From: Epithemia pelagica
Taxonomy: Eukaryota > Protista > Bacillariophyta
Direction: 5' to 3'
Length of the DNA stretch: 64,000 bases
NCBI GenBank assembly: GCA_946965045.2
Contig: OX337229.1
Span: 1,054,001 to 1,118,000, forward strand
Of this stretch, positions 43,179 to 55,274 are shown piece after piece. Position 1 is the first letter of the stretch, and every line of letters begins with the position of its first letter. The notes under the pieces are model-generated. The model was not told the origin of the DNA. It did not search any database and was given only the letters and a program-made list of their open reading frames with translations. The translations under genes and the position numbers were made by a program.

Positions 43179-44900
43179 ATGATGATTCCTGTGATTTCCT
43201 GGTGTCATCGATGGATGCTGTTCTCAACACTTGCTCTGTTATTGGGACGAGGAGGCTTGTGCTTTCATCTTCAACAACAAACACAACAAACCCCAGGGTC
43301 GTCGCCTAATTTTCGAACGTCGACGAGCGCCCGCTTGGCAATCCCACTGTCTAGCACCTTTGCAGATTCGGCATTGAAGCAAGTGGAACGACTTGGGGGG
43401 TTCGTAGCTGAAACAGACGCTGGAGAAGGGGAACAAGAGATTGTATCAGGAATTGGAGGAACCGTGTACGATGGCATATCACTTGCGCAAATCACAGGAA
43501 AGGTGGAAGAATCGAAATCGCAACAGGTTTGGGCGGCGCTGGCGACCCTCGAGAGAGATAGTACGTATGCGTCTGGGTTTGCATGATATCGCTCTGCATG
43601 GTCTCAATGTGTATTTTATCTCTTGCTGCTACCAGTGCAATCGCTTGACAGGATCGCAGGTCAAAAACCCCAGTTGTCTGTCTTAGAGGTGACGTTACTG
43701 TCTGGGGCGGTTCTCTCTGCGGCAGCTGGACCCATTGTGTTTGGTGGACACATTACAGAGTTTTTGGCACCCGCTGCAGCTGCCTTCTCGGCCGCTATTG
43801 GTATCAGCGCCGAATATACCGGGAAAGTTGCCGTGGCCGATGGAAAAGAAGTTGCCGCCTCGGCCTTGCAATGCGCAGCCGAGGCGGAGGGACTATTGGC
43901 CAATGCCGAACGAGCCAAGGCAATCTGTCCTCTTTGTGTGGGAGTCGGAGCCTCGTCGGCAACACTAGCTCTTTTAGTACCCGTTTTGTTGGATACCCTG
44001 GGCGTGAGCAGCAATTTACAACTCATGACAGAGATTTATCTCTTTTGTCCCTTGGTGTCGGTTCTGGCAGCAGCTGTGGCCTCTCTGGCACTGCAAGAAA
44101 CGCAATCGTTTGCCAGTAGAGCCATTGGAATTGGGAACAGACGATTTGCAAGATCGGGAATGGTGGGAAGGACGTGGATGTCCACGTCCGAGTTGATTGA
44201 TCGAAAAAGTGTGGGTGCCACCCAAAAATGGAAAACCTTTAGTTTCTCCGTCTTGCCTGCCCCTCTTTTGGGATCGCTAGTGCCAGGAGCTTTGCCAACC
44301 AAGACAATTGTTGTGGCGGCCATTGCAGCAGCTCAGTCGGCCTATTTTCTCACCTTGGCCGAAAACACGCTCAGTCGCGCCACGGATGCCGTCGCCTTGA
44401 AAGCTCGGAGTGCGGCCGTGTGTGATACCTATGCCAACCAAGGAGCACGCAGCTCGGCAATTTTGCCCTTTACGTCCGCCCTGAGTTCGTTGTGTGCCGC
44501 TGCGACGGCAGCCCTTGTGGAGTTGCCCTTTGTCGAGTCCCTTGCAGCAATGAGTACCACACCGAGCATAATGCTCCAAATCGTGACCGTGTCGGCCTTT
44601 CCGACTCTTGCCGCACTCTTTTCGGCCGCTGCCTCTGTCTCCAAGGCTCGATGTCTGGTGGATGCCGAAGCCGCAAAACAAGCAGCATGCACTCTTGCTC
44701 TCCAATACAATGACGAGGACGGAGATCCCGTTCTAAAGCCCATTCAAGGGGTACGAGAGTTGGTCCGATTGACCGTTGCCTACTCGTTACGAGAGCCGTT
44801 GCGACGTATTCTACGTCGATTAGATGTACGGAGATGGTACAGACGTTTACGTCGCAAGTTCAAGAGAAATGGCCCACGGCGGAAATATAGCCCTGCTTAG
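43179..44900 (+). CDS. Ala-rich multi-pass membrane hypothetical protein with presequence; intron 43561-43635
   Basis: The GTACGT...CCAG intron joins LERD-M-QSLDRIAG in frame. The protein has multiple hydrophobic Ala-rich helices and a basic C-terminus. Confidence 0.75.
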
Positions 44901-45074
44901 ACAACCCTGTAGAAACGATTCCTAAGGAGGCACGTTGGATTGCCCCCTTAAAGCATCTTTAGTCCTTATGTACAAAACTCTTTCTCCATTAGGTTCATTT
45001 GTGCATCATTGTTTACCGGGTGCAGCACGATGCATGGAATACAAGGAACGTCGTTACTGCTCTTTTCGTTGCTG

Positions 45075-46469
45075 CTACAGTCCGAGCCAACTGCCAAAGA
45101 ACACACGCGAGTTCCATAGCGAGTGAATGAATATTACAACCCACAAGTTTTGTGATTTGGTATAAATAATGGCCCAGATCCATCCCAATACCGCGAGTGG
45201 CAAGGCCGCAGTCAGGGACATGTGATGGGCCGAGAAAATGACTCCTTGCAAAAAGACGGCCCACCGAAAGCCGACCAACTTGGTCAAAAACGGCAGGGCA
45301 AAGCCTCGGTAGAGGACTTCTTCCCACCATGGTGCCGTCAGACAGGGTGCAATGTACCCTACCACACTGGCCAAAATATCATTGTGTTCGGGGTTCACCA
45401 ATTGACTCACAACCGATTCCTGGGCATCTTCGAGAACGGAGTGTGGAAGAATGTACTGGTTGGTCAGATCGGCAAGATTGAACAGACAACTACTGGCAAA
45501 GTAGCCTCCAATCACCCACCAAAGCCAATTGGTATTCATGGTGGAACGGAACCATTGCAAGGGTTTGTCGTCGGGTGCTCCGGGGGGATTGTCGGACAAT
45601 GGTTGCTCCTCCTCGAGCACGACAGAAGAGGATGAGTCCGATGGGTTGGGTCCACCAAAGAATTTGGGAGGACGAGGGATCCATTTCAAAAGCAGTGTCC
45701 CCGCTCCCAACCATGTCAAATGGCCCAAGAGTACCACAAGACTCCGATACATGGGGGCCGTAATGGGGAATCCCCTTCCCGACATGCCGTAGAGTAAATC
45801 CTCCCAGAACAAGGAGAACCGTCCGGTCACAAAGTAGGTTTGGATCAACAAAAAGGCGGTTACCACTCCTGTGATGCGATTGCGAATATTGTCATCTGGA
45901 AGGTTCCAGGGTGTGTCGGTCGAATTTAAGCTTTTTTGAATTGATGGACTAAAGGGACGCCAGGGCCCGAGTTGCCCTTGCCATCGACAAATGGCGTAAA
46001 GAGCCACGGAGATAATGCCAGCCAAGGAATCCAAGCCAATGCCCGTGAAATGACACATGGAGTTTGGTATCAATTGAACCGGAAAGACAATATGGTTCTG
46101 AGTAAAATGAGTCAAGTGTACAATGTAGCAGAAAAGGACGACCAATATTTGAACAGGGATTCGAAGAATTCGAGGTTGATGATCATGATCGGATTTCTCT
46201 TTGGAAAACGCAATGGACTGAATCTTGTCGACCAGTGAATTGCACATTACAGTCTTTGGAGACTTTCTCTGTGCCACATTCTTCCATGATATGGCAGACG
46301 AGGGATAAAAGTTGACTGGCGACATTCGCTGCCGATGCTGCTGCCCATGCTTCACCAAAGTGTGTTGATGTTGTTGGAACGAATGTGATGGGAGCAAGTT
46401 CTCTTGGAAAATGACAAACAAAAGGACGTAGAAGAGGCTTCGCCTTAAAGCAAGTCGATGAAGAGCCAT
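45075..46469 (-). CDS. CPBP/Abi (CAAX prenyl protease 2-like) intramembrane glutamic protease, probable plastid
   Basis: APWWEEVLYRGF (EExxxR), FSAHH and IHSLWN are present with several TM helices. The probable start is MALHRL at 46469. Confidence 0.9.
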   Translation of the reverse strand: MALHRLALRRSLFYVLLFVIFQENLLPSHSFQQHQHTLVKHGQQHRQRMSPVNFYPSSAISWKNVAQRKSPKTVMCNSLVDKIQSIAFSKEKSDHDHQPRILRIPVQILVVLFCYIVHLTHFTQNHIVFPVQLIPNSMCHFTGIGLDSLAGIISVALYAICRWQGQLGPWRPFSPSIQKSLNSTDTPWNLPDDNIRNRITGVVTAFLLIQTYFVTGRFSLFWEDLLYGMSGRGFPITAPMYRSLVVLLGHLTWLGAGTLLLKWIPRPPKFFGGPNPSDSSSSVVLEEEQPLSDNPPGAPDDKPLQWFRSTMNTNWLWWVIGGYFASSCLFNLADLTNQYILPHSVLEDAQESVVSQLVNPEHNDILASVVGYIAPCLTAPWWEEVLYRGFALPFLTKLVGFRWAVFLQGVIFSAHHMSLTAALPLAVLGWIWAIIYTKSQNLWVVIFIHSLWNSRVFFGSWLGL

Positions 46470-47066
46470 GTAGTGTTCCCTTGCGTCGTTGCTTGCGACC
46501 AACAGCTTGTTCAGAGAAGGTCCACTTCCAATCCAATGTACATTGGGATTTGGGATCGGCCGACAACAGAAACGAAAAAATCCGTAAAAGAAAAAGGTAT
46601 CCAAAAAGTGTTCTGTCCAAAATCCAAAGATCCTCCGTCGTCTGTCCGACCATCATGCGAAGAGCAGAGAGCATGCACAAAGATTTTCCGCGCACGCGAC
46701 ACCTACAGTATTGCGCGAGCTAGCCGTTGGGCAGTTGGAAGCAATCCTCGTTTGAAACAAGGACACTTGTGAGAAACCAGTAGCTTTCCTGTGTACCGTT
46801 CTACGTATGTTTGGGAAATCTCCTTCTTTCGTTTGCTTCGCATCGAACCACCGCAGCGACCCTCAAAGTTTGTGATTTTGGACCTCACCATAGCCCAATC
46901 AGCGCCCCCAAAACAAGCGACGGTATCCTCTAAGAAGGAGATAACAAAGAACAAGTCCACCCATCATTTCACACACCTGCATCTATTCTCACAAATTTGC
47001 GTGTGAACCACCCTCATTGATATATCCACAAGCGGAAGACGGTACATCCAAGATCGAAACCCACTC

Positions 47067-48640
47067 ATGAGTGCTTCACTGAAAAGACCTGCCGAGACCA
47101 ATGGTGGTGGTCCTCCAGCAAGCGACACTAATGAAGGAGGGGATCTCTCACGACAACGAAAGTTCTTTCCTCGTCTCAAGACGCTCTTGTCCGATGAATA
47201 CGAAGATGTAAGGGAGCAACCGTGGTGGGGACAGGCGTGGAGCTTGAGCGACCGTTGAGATTTGTCATCTGACTCTGTGGTTCTTGGATACCTCTTTCTT
47301 TCGTTGTGTCGTCTCGTTTTTGCAGTTTCTTCGCCAGGTGATTGAAATTGTCGAATCGAACCAATGTGCAGCCTTTCCCATGGCGACGGCTGACACGCCT
47401 TGGGCCGATGCCTTTGAAGCCATTTACCAAACCGTGGCTTCGGATTATGCCTTGCCACAGGGCAAGAATCGTCTTCACAAGTTCAAGGAAAAGATGGTGG
47501 AGTTGTGGAGTGCCATGCAAGGAGAGGTACGTTTCCTTCGTTCGATCGTTGTCCACAACGAACGTTTGCTGCTATGACAAACGTGCTCACCTGGCTTGCA
47601 ATCCATGTACTACCTTGTAGGTTACTCTGGGAGTGAAATCCGACGCCCATCCGATCTATCGCACTGCCTTGAAGCAATGGAAATTGCATCAAAGCGTCAT
47701 GAAAGACAAGACCAAGGCACATGCCACTCCCAATGCCGCCTCCCTGGGTGGACGAGAAGATGGAGGCGAGGGAGGAGGATCCGATCCCGAAATGGAGGAA
47801 GGAATGCATCGTCCTCGCAAAAAGACACGATCGTCTGGATTTGGAGCCGACATTCGAAGGTCCTTGCCATCGCAAGGCGTGCATCATCATCATCCAGCGT
47901 CCCTGGTCGATGTTGATGCGCATGCCCCGGGGGGTGCGTCCAGTACGGCCAATCTGGTCACCATGCCGGGTGAAATGATGGAGAGTTGGTTAAAATCCTT
48001 GTCGCGATTGGAGTTTATGTTGACGGCCGGAGGACTCTTACCCCAGCGTTTGCCCAGTCCCTTGTACGAGTTGCATTGTCTCAAGGCTCGAATGCCCGAA
48101 ACCGAGTTTGATGCCAAAGTTCGAAGTGTCTACGATCAAGAAATTGGCCGCCATTTGGCTCATGTCACGGCTCAATGTCGTACCAGTTCGCAGCCCGGCT
48201 ACCTTCCCCATCTCTTGGAGGGTTTGGACATGTTGCGGCAGTCGCAACAAACCCCGACCATTCGCAAATCCTTGGATTTTGCCCACAAGCACGTCTTGAC
48301 CAAATATGTCACCATGATTTCTCGCGAGTCGCCCACCACCGGCAACAACACTACCAAGGAATTGGGACTGTTGCCGCTCGACTTGCAAACCCCCAAGGCT
48401 CCCGCAGCCCCGGAATCTCCCGTCCAAAATAACACAACTACGACTCAAGCCTCCTCCTTGCCTCCCACAGGAGTGGTCGGGGCACCCGTCTTGGAAGCTC
48501 CCACCGACCATGGCGCGCTGGGTGTTGGTGCCGGTCATGTGGCACCCACCACCACGACGGATGGCATGGCGGTCGAACCAACGGCCAATGAGGAAGAGGA
48601 GGATGTGACGGCGAATATCAAGGATATGACCGTTGTTTAA
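47067..48640 (+). CDS. Hypothetical protein; 3 exons (introns 47208-47325, 47527-47620)
   Basis: Both phase-0 GT-AG introns join ORF fragments in frame (DEYED|FLRQVIE; MQGE|VTLGVKSD). No family recognised. Confidence 0.75.
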
Positions 48641-49215
48641 GAGTCCACGTAGAACTGTGATGGTGTGTGTGTGTTGTGGTGGGGACCAAATCACAACAAG
48701 GACAAGAACGAAACTGCTGTAAATGATTTGTGTGTGTGATTCATCTGCAGGATAGTAGAACATTAGTAGAGTTGATATCTTTGTGTGGGTTTGGAGACCA
48801 TGGTGCTGAAACAGAGACAAAAAAGAGTTCTAGAGAGGAGAACGATTTTCGCAAAGGTAGGGGTAGCTAGTTCGATTCTTCGAAGGGATAGCAAGCCGGA
48901 AAAATCGTGTGTGATTTTTCCAAATTGTCAATTTAAAATCTTCAGTTTTGCACCAGCTGGAGTCGGTTCGTCGCGCCGGCATCCACTAACCGCGTTTCTG
49001 TTGGCTTCCTTTGATTTCCCAATGAATTGCATGTCGTCGACTTCTCTCGAAATGATGCGCCCGACTCAAAAGTATTAACCCTTCAGTCTCCTTTTTGAAT
49101 CAAACAACCTCGAGACACCAGTCCATAGAGTGGGTTCGAGTGGGATATAGGCGTACGTATCACGCACTGTTGACTAGAGTTAAGCAGACTACCAGACACT
49201 GCTCCACATTGGACA

Positions 49216-51105
49216 ATGACAGACAACAACAACCGTTTGGAACTGACGATTCGCCTTTCGAATGGGACGCGGCTCACCATTGACGTGGGTCCAACGACTC
49301 CTACGGAATGTACCGTGTTGCGTGTCAAGGAACGGTTGGTCGACACGTGCCCCGTCGATCGACAACGATTAATTTACAAGGGACGAATTTTGGAAGATGA
49401 TCGGACCTTGCAAGATTATGGCATTGTCACGCAATCCACCTTGTTTTTGGTCAAGGGAACCGCACCACCGGCATCTGCTGCTGCATCGGCCACCACACCA
49501 AACTCCGCCGCTCCTACTGCGACTCCTCGTCCCACACCTTCGCCAAGCTCCTCCTCGACAACCACCACCAATAATAATCCATGGGGCGCGGCTGCCCCCA
49601 GCAACAATGCAAGTTCCATGATGGGCAATACCAACAACAACAACAATAGCATGTCGAACAGCAACCCCTTCATGTCTGGAAACCCCATGGCCATGATGAA
49701 CGACCCCAATCAGATGCAAGAAATGATGAATCATCCCATGATGCAATCCTTGTTGGACAATCCGCAATTGATGCAAAGCATGATGGAGATGCAGATGCAA
49801 TCCAATCCAGCCATGCGGCAAGTCATGGAAAACAATCCAGCCTTGAGACAAATGATGAATGATCCGGCCGTCCTCCAACAAGTCTCGCAAATGATGCGCA
49901 ATCCGGCCGCCTTTCAACAAGCCATGCGCAATCAAGATTTGGCCATGTCGCACATTGAAAACATGCCCGGGGGATTTGCCGCACTCTCGAGCATGTATCG
50001 AGATGTGCAACAACCACTCGAAGACTCCATGCGTGATAGCAACAACAGTGGTACATCGTCGTCGTCCTCGTCTCAAACTAACAACCGATCACAGCTCGAT
50101 GCCGGAGCCTCGGGATCCGCCATGCCCAACCCGTGGGGGGACAACACGAGTAGCAGCAATGCCAACAACAACAACAACAACAACAGTCCATCAAGTAGTT
50201 TGAATGCATCGCCCTTTCCTGGCCTCTTTCCTCCGACTACCTCTGGAGCGTCTGGAAGTACTACGAATAACAATGCCCAGCCAAGCAACCCGTGGATGAT
50301 GCCAGGTGGTATGGGTGCCTCGCTCCTGAACAACAACAATACTCCAGGCAGCAACAATGACATGAACAACGCCATGCTCAACATGTTGGACAATCCGATG
50401 GTCCAACAAATGATGGAACAACTGGTCACTTCCAACCCGGAAATGATTCAACAAGTCATGGCCGCACAAAATCCGGCCATGGCACAACTCTTTCGAGACA
50501 ATCCGGCCATGGCACAAAACCTCATGCGGACCATGATGAATCCACAAGTCATGAGGAGTATGATGCAAGTCCAACAAGCTATGTCCGGTATGCCACAACC
50601 GCCCTCCATGGCCAATAATAACACTACGAACAACAATAATAGCAATCCATTTGCTTCCAGTGCGGCTGCGGGTGGTGGTGCCCTGGATTTTTCGGCCCTG
50701 TTGCAGCAAATGAATCAACCATCCTCCTCCTTGTTGGGTGGTACTCCTCCTTCTTCTGCCATGAACAACCCGTTTCTCGGTGGATTCATGCCTCCGCCTC
50801 CAGCTTCCAACAACATGTTGCCAGCCGATCGATACCGAACCCAACTTCGGTCCTTGTACGATATGGGATTTGACAATGAACAACAGTCATGGGCAGCCCT
50901 GGAAGCGGCTCATGGCAATGTCAACCGGGCCGTCGATATGATACTCGCGGGAGAAGTGCCGGCGCCTGTAGTTGCCACTACAACCACAAGTGCACCGTCT
51001 CCCCCTTCCAGCAACGAAACGGCACCCGCCGACGCGAACACTGCCGAAGAGACAACAGAAGACACGACGGATCCCAAGGATGCAGCAGAAAAGAAAAATG
51101 ATTAA
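49216..51105 (+). CDS. Ubiquilin (Dsk2/UBQLN): UBL, STI1 repeats, UBA
   Basis: The UBL reads QRLIYKGRILEDDRTLQDYGI. The central repeats are M/N/P-rich (NPQLMQ, AMSHIENMPGGF), and the UBA reads RYRTQLRSLYDMGF...GNVNRAVD. Confidence 0.95.
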   Translation: MTDNNNRLELTIRLSNGTRLTIDVGPTTPTECTVLRVKERLVDTCPVDRQRLIYKGRILEDDRTLQDYGIVTQSTLFLVKGTAPPASAAASATTPNSAAPTATPRPTPSPSSSSTTTTNNNPWGAAAPSNNASSMMGNTNNNNNSMSNSNPFMSGNPMAMMNDPNQMQEMMNHPMMQSLLDNPQLMQSMMEMQMQSNPAMRQVMENNPALRQMMNDPAVLQQVSQMMRNPAAFQQAMRNQDLAMSHIENMPGGFAALSSMYRDVQQPLEDSMRDSNNSGTSSSSSSQTNNRSQLDAGASGSAMPNPWGDNTSSSNANNNNNNNSPSSSLNASPFPGLFPPTTSGASGSTTNNNAQPSNPWMMPGGMGASLLNNNNTPGSNNDMNNAMLNMLDNPMVQQMMEQLVTSNPEMIQQVMAAQNPAMAQLFRDNPAMAQNLMRTMMNPQVMRSMMQVQQAMSGMPQPPSMANNNTTNNNNSNPFASSAAAGGGALDFSALLQQMNQPSSSLLGGTPPSSAMNNPFLGGFMPPPPASNNMLPADRYRTQLRSLYDMGFDNEQQSWAALEAAHGNVNRAVDMILAGEVPAPVVATTTTSAPSPPSSNETAPADANTAEETTEDTTDPKDAAEKKND

Positions 51106-51236
51106 CATCCTCCTCGGCTCGTCGAACGACTCGCAGTAGAGATTACATACCACAACTATAGGAACTACATTATCACAAACAAACTGCGTTACCGCATCGC
51201 TTGAGGTCTATTTCAGCGATCCAATTGATTATACTC

Positions 51237-54200
51237 TCACGAGCTTGAAATGCCAAGCGCTTGTTTCAATTGGGTTCGTATCGACGCGGCCGAGCGTTTC
51301 CGTAACATGGAGGTGTCGCTGTCCAATAACTTGACGAGCAAAAAGGCCGAATAATTCTCCCGCAATAAATCGTTCTTGAGTTGAGCGTCATTGGTCCACA
51401 AATCAATCAACTGGCTGAGGCATGTCCTCATGCGAGGAATCGTCTGCTGTTCCTCCATGGAGGAATAGCCATTGTCACACACACTCGACAAGGACGAGTC
51501 GCCCTCGCCGCCGCCAAGACCAAATTCCTTTTGCACATCCACAAGGCGTAAATAGAGACGAAGAGAAATCACCAAGGCTTTGAATTTCACCTGACCTAAA
51601 GTGGGGGCGCTCTCTTCCAATCGTTTTTCGAGAAAGGAGAGACACAACACAATATCCTGGACCGACCAAGATCCAATGTCGTCCAAAGTGTTCTTGTGGT
51701 CATCCGACATCATGCGCTCATGCTTCTCTCTCTCTTTCTTTGATAACCGACTATATCCTTTTTTCACTAAGGACATCATATGTGCAAGAGGCGGAACTTG
51801 AGAGAATGCAATGAAACATAACATGCGACCCATAAACCACGGAAATCAACTCACCTCTTACATCCTCATACGTAGGGCCATAATCAATCTTGAGTTCTAC
51901 CCATTTGTCCATAGGAAAAACGAGAGGCCCCTGTTCAAGCAGAAAGTGTCCCAAGAGATAATGGACTGCACCTTCTGGGTCATGATCGGCTCGAACCGAC
52001 GGCACTTCGACTCCATCAGTTTCGTTTACATAGGATAGAATGTTCATTCTTGCTTCATCGTGCAGTTTGCCAGTTGTGTCATCTGTAATATCATAAAGAT
52101 TCTCTCCTGTTTCGTTCGTCTTGGTATCAAAACTCCAGATTTCACATTCACCATCATGGACAAAATTCTTAAACAAGAACAGCGAGCAATCCTTGTAGTC
52201 ACTCTGGCGAAGTGGTGCATACGTTCCAAGATCAAGCATCTCACCATTTTGAAGTTCGAAACTATCTCGCGGCATTCCGTCCACACTTTTGCAAAAGATA
52301 AACACACCCAGCCCGGAATTTGGGATCATTGACTTTCTAGTTTCAATTTCCAATTTGATTCCTCTAAACTGAAGAGTCATTTTTGGTCGAGAGTGTCCAT
52401 TGCTGTGACGGTCCTCTGGGAGCTGCTCGTACCGAATCTTGTCAGGGACCATCCACACCAAAGGGACGCATTTAGACTCAGCTATTTCCATACGCAACGG
52501 AAAACCAGAGGAAACATCCACCTTTTCCTCATAGCGCAGACATCCTGACCAAGCCACCCTCTCAGTGACCTCAGCAAAGTTCCGAATTGGACGACATCCA
52601 CGAGCACTTGACAGGAGAGCTAGTGACTCATCAATATAGCGCACTTTGAAGACCAAGCTTTTATCAAATCGATTCCGTACACATGATTCAACGACTCCAT
52701 AAAGAACAGAATATTCGTCTTCTAATGGAGCTTTGTGTTGCAGCCAATGTCGGCAAAACCCCTTTCCAACCAAAACATGATCCTCACGCGTGGATATCTT
52801 TAATCCCAAATTCTTCTCATAAATTTCTTCTTCTGCGATCAAAATATTCTTCACTGGAACACCAGCGGCTTTACCTGCGCTCTCCAAACAAGAGAAAACA
52901 CGAGGTCTTCCTGCGAGTTTGCCATGGCGATCAACGACTCTGAAGCGTGCAAGCTTTTCGTGAAGTACCGGGCCTTCATCCATGGAAGGCTTGTCCGTAA
53001 ACAAAAACCTCCAGTTCGGAGGAAAGTGGGGGATGGGCTTCCCACAAACTTCCATTGATAGTTTCGTACAGCTCTGTTTTTGTCATTCCATGTTAAGAGG
53101 ACCGTTTTTACCTGAATGCACCGCAAACACAATATAACTTACCCTGAACAAACAGCAATCCTTGTGGATGGTGGTGCTGTTGCGATTCCCGACACATGTC
53201 GCGCAGTGGCCACAATCGGGCGCTTGACACTGCGCACACTTTCTACATCGCTTTGCCTCCAGTTCACTAGAGTTCCACGACACAGTGTCTGGTGGTTGTA
53301 ATGCCCCTTCTATCACTAGCTCGTCGTATGCCCGAAAATCCTCCCGAACGTCACCATCATCGTAGCGTACACTACAAATCATATCAACACCTTCGCCAGA
53401 CATTTTGCTGACCGTTCCCCAGTGCCAACTTCCGTCGGTGAACTTGGCATAGCATCGAGCTCCCACAGTTGGTCCGTTTGTCCGCTTCTGTGACTGTGAG
53501 GGCTTTGGTTTCGCCCGTCTCTCTTTTTTTGTTTCTTTCGCTAGATTGTCAGCATTCGTTTTGGAATAGAATTGCTCAGTAACGAAATCCTTTATTGAGA
53601 GAAAGAGTGAGTGGAAAAGATTGTCTCAAACGAAACCGAGAGCAACAAGGCACGTACTCGTCGAGGTACAGATGACCGCACATCACCGTCGTCAAAACGA
53701 ATACGATAGAGAAAAACTCGGGAATTCCCCTGTTGTCGCTTTGACGGCGTCCCACCCTTTCGAATGCCTGTGATTTTTCCCCAGTACCATGACTAGAAAC
53801 AACATGAGATAAGACTCCCCAATAGCTTGGGTTATGATGTAAAGGACTTACGTCGGTGTCTGGCCATAGAGCGTAGACTCTGGTGCCAACCGGAGGCTCT
53901 TCGACATCACCGGGAATAGAATCAAGGGCAGTTTTGTCACCTTCAGCTTCGTTAACGACATGCTGCTTTTTGGCCCTTTTCTTGGAACTAGATGCAACTC
54001 CTTTCCTTGACCGATCTGTCTTTGTTGGTGTATTAAGAACTTGCTCATCTCGAAAAGGGGAGGGCAACCTATTAGGAGTCGCACTCGAATCAGGGTTACT
54101 TTTATCGCCTTCAGCTTCCGATACAACTTGTCGCTTTTTGGCCCTTTTCTTTGAATTGGACGCAATGCCTTTTCTTGAACGATCTGCCTCTGTAGGCGTA

Positions 54201-54970
54201 TCTGGAGCTTCCAAATCAAAGGAAGGAGACCGCAATCTAATGGGTGTCTCCCTCTTTCTCTTGGACAATCGGAGAGGTTCTTCAGGCCTATCGCTGTCAG
54301 CAATCGACGGCTCACTTGAACTGCATATACGAGAATCATCTGTTGTTGCGCTCTTGGACAATCGGAGAGGTTCTGCAGGGGTATCACTGTCTGCAGGCGT
54401 ATCACTGTCAGCAATCGACCGTTCACTTGTACTGCATGTGCGAGAATCATCTGTTGATGCGTTGACACTATCAGAAACTTGATTGACTATTGAGGGAGAA
54501 CTCCTGTCTATGGTTGGAACAGGCGATGTCGAGGGCTCGTCTAAATCAGACTCGTTCTTAACCCCACGAATAATCTGCACTGGGGTCTGCTGTTCTGAGG
54601 CTGAGAATAAAGAATGCAATTCATCGGAACAGATTTGAAGGTCCTCTTGAAACGAACGTCCAGGCAAGGCTGGAGGTTTCCTATCGCTCTCATCATCCGA
54701 AAGAGTAAGGTCGATCACCACCTTCTCATGTTCAATATTGGGACGTCTCCTCCATCGCCGGCGCTCCTTGATCCCTTGGCTGGACCGAACAAATACCGTG
54801 GAACTGGTGTAACTCTCGTAACTTTGGGGTAAAGGGATATCCGACAAACGACCGGACAGGTTATTCTCTCCATCGACCGGCATAAACTGTGAAGTCACAC
54901 TTTTTCGAGCTATTGGCCGTGCGCAGTTCTCTCCATTTGACTTGCGATTGTGGATAAAATGGTCCGTCAT
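51237..54970 (-). CDS. Multidomain chromatin protein: 2 Tudor domains, zf-CXXC, possible MBD-like and third barrel segments, divergent SET domain; 5 exons (54970-53852, 53792-53658, 53589-53143, 53073-51855, 51766-51237), about 1149 aa
   Basis: Four GT-AG introns (59, 68, 69 and 88 bp) keep one frame. Tudor 1 is VGTRVYALWPDTD|SWYWGKI...YRIRFDDGD and Tudor 2 is VGARCYAKFTDGSWHWGTV...SVRYDDGD. The CXXC is CRKCAQCQAPDCGHCATC...CCLFR|SC. The SET has SGLGVF, LGTYAP, YVNE and ELKIDYGPTY. Confidence 0.85.
53933..54461. repeat. Two sets of in-frame internal duplications in exon 1 of the Tudor/CXXC/SET gene
   Basis: An about 100-nt unit occurs at 53933 and 54101 (period 168 nt). A 93-nt unit at 54258-54350 is repeated at 54351-54461, where it contains an extra 18-nt duplication. 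Confidence 0.85.
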
Positions 54971-55274
54971 TGTTACAGCGCCACCGTTGTTGTGGTCTTC
55001 GGCAAGTGCAAAGTTACAATAGCTCTATCTCTATGCTCTATCGATCTGATTGTGATAGCTATTCGTATTCTCATCTATCTCATGGATCTGTTCTCCCGAT
55101 CCCGATCGCGCCTACCAACTTCGCGCGCGCGCCGCTCGGGGCCATCGCCCGGAAGCAGAAACGGAGCAAAGGACGGACGTTCATGGTTCATTTCTCTCCA
55201 TCCATCTCAACAATAAATTCTCAGATTCTTCTCTTGTCCATGTCCGCATGTGCATCAGAGAACGAACGGCCGAC

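Noticed and set aside
36087-46469. CaaX-bearing DnaJ near a CPBP/CAAX-protease gene, suggesting a prenylation cluster
   Set aside because: The CPBP protein looks organelle-targeted and five unrelated genes intervene; probably coincidence.
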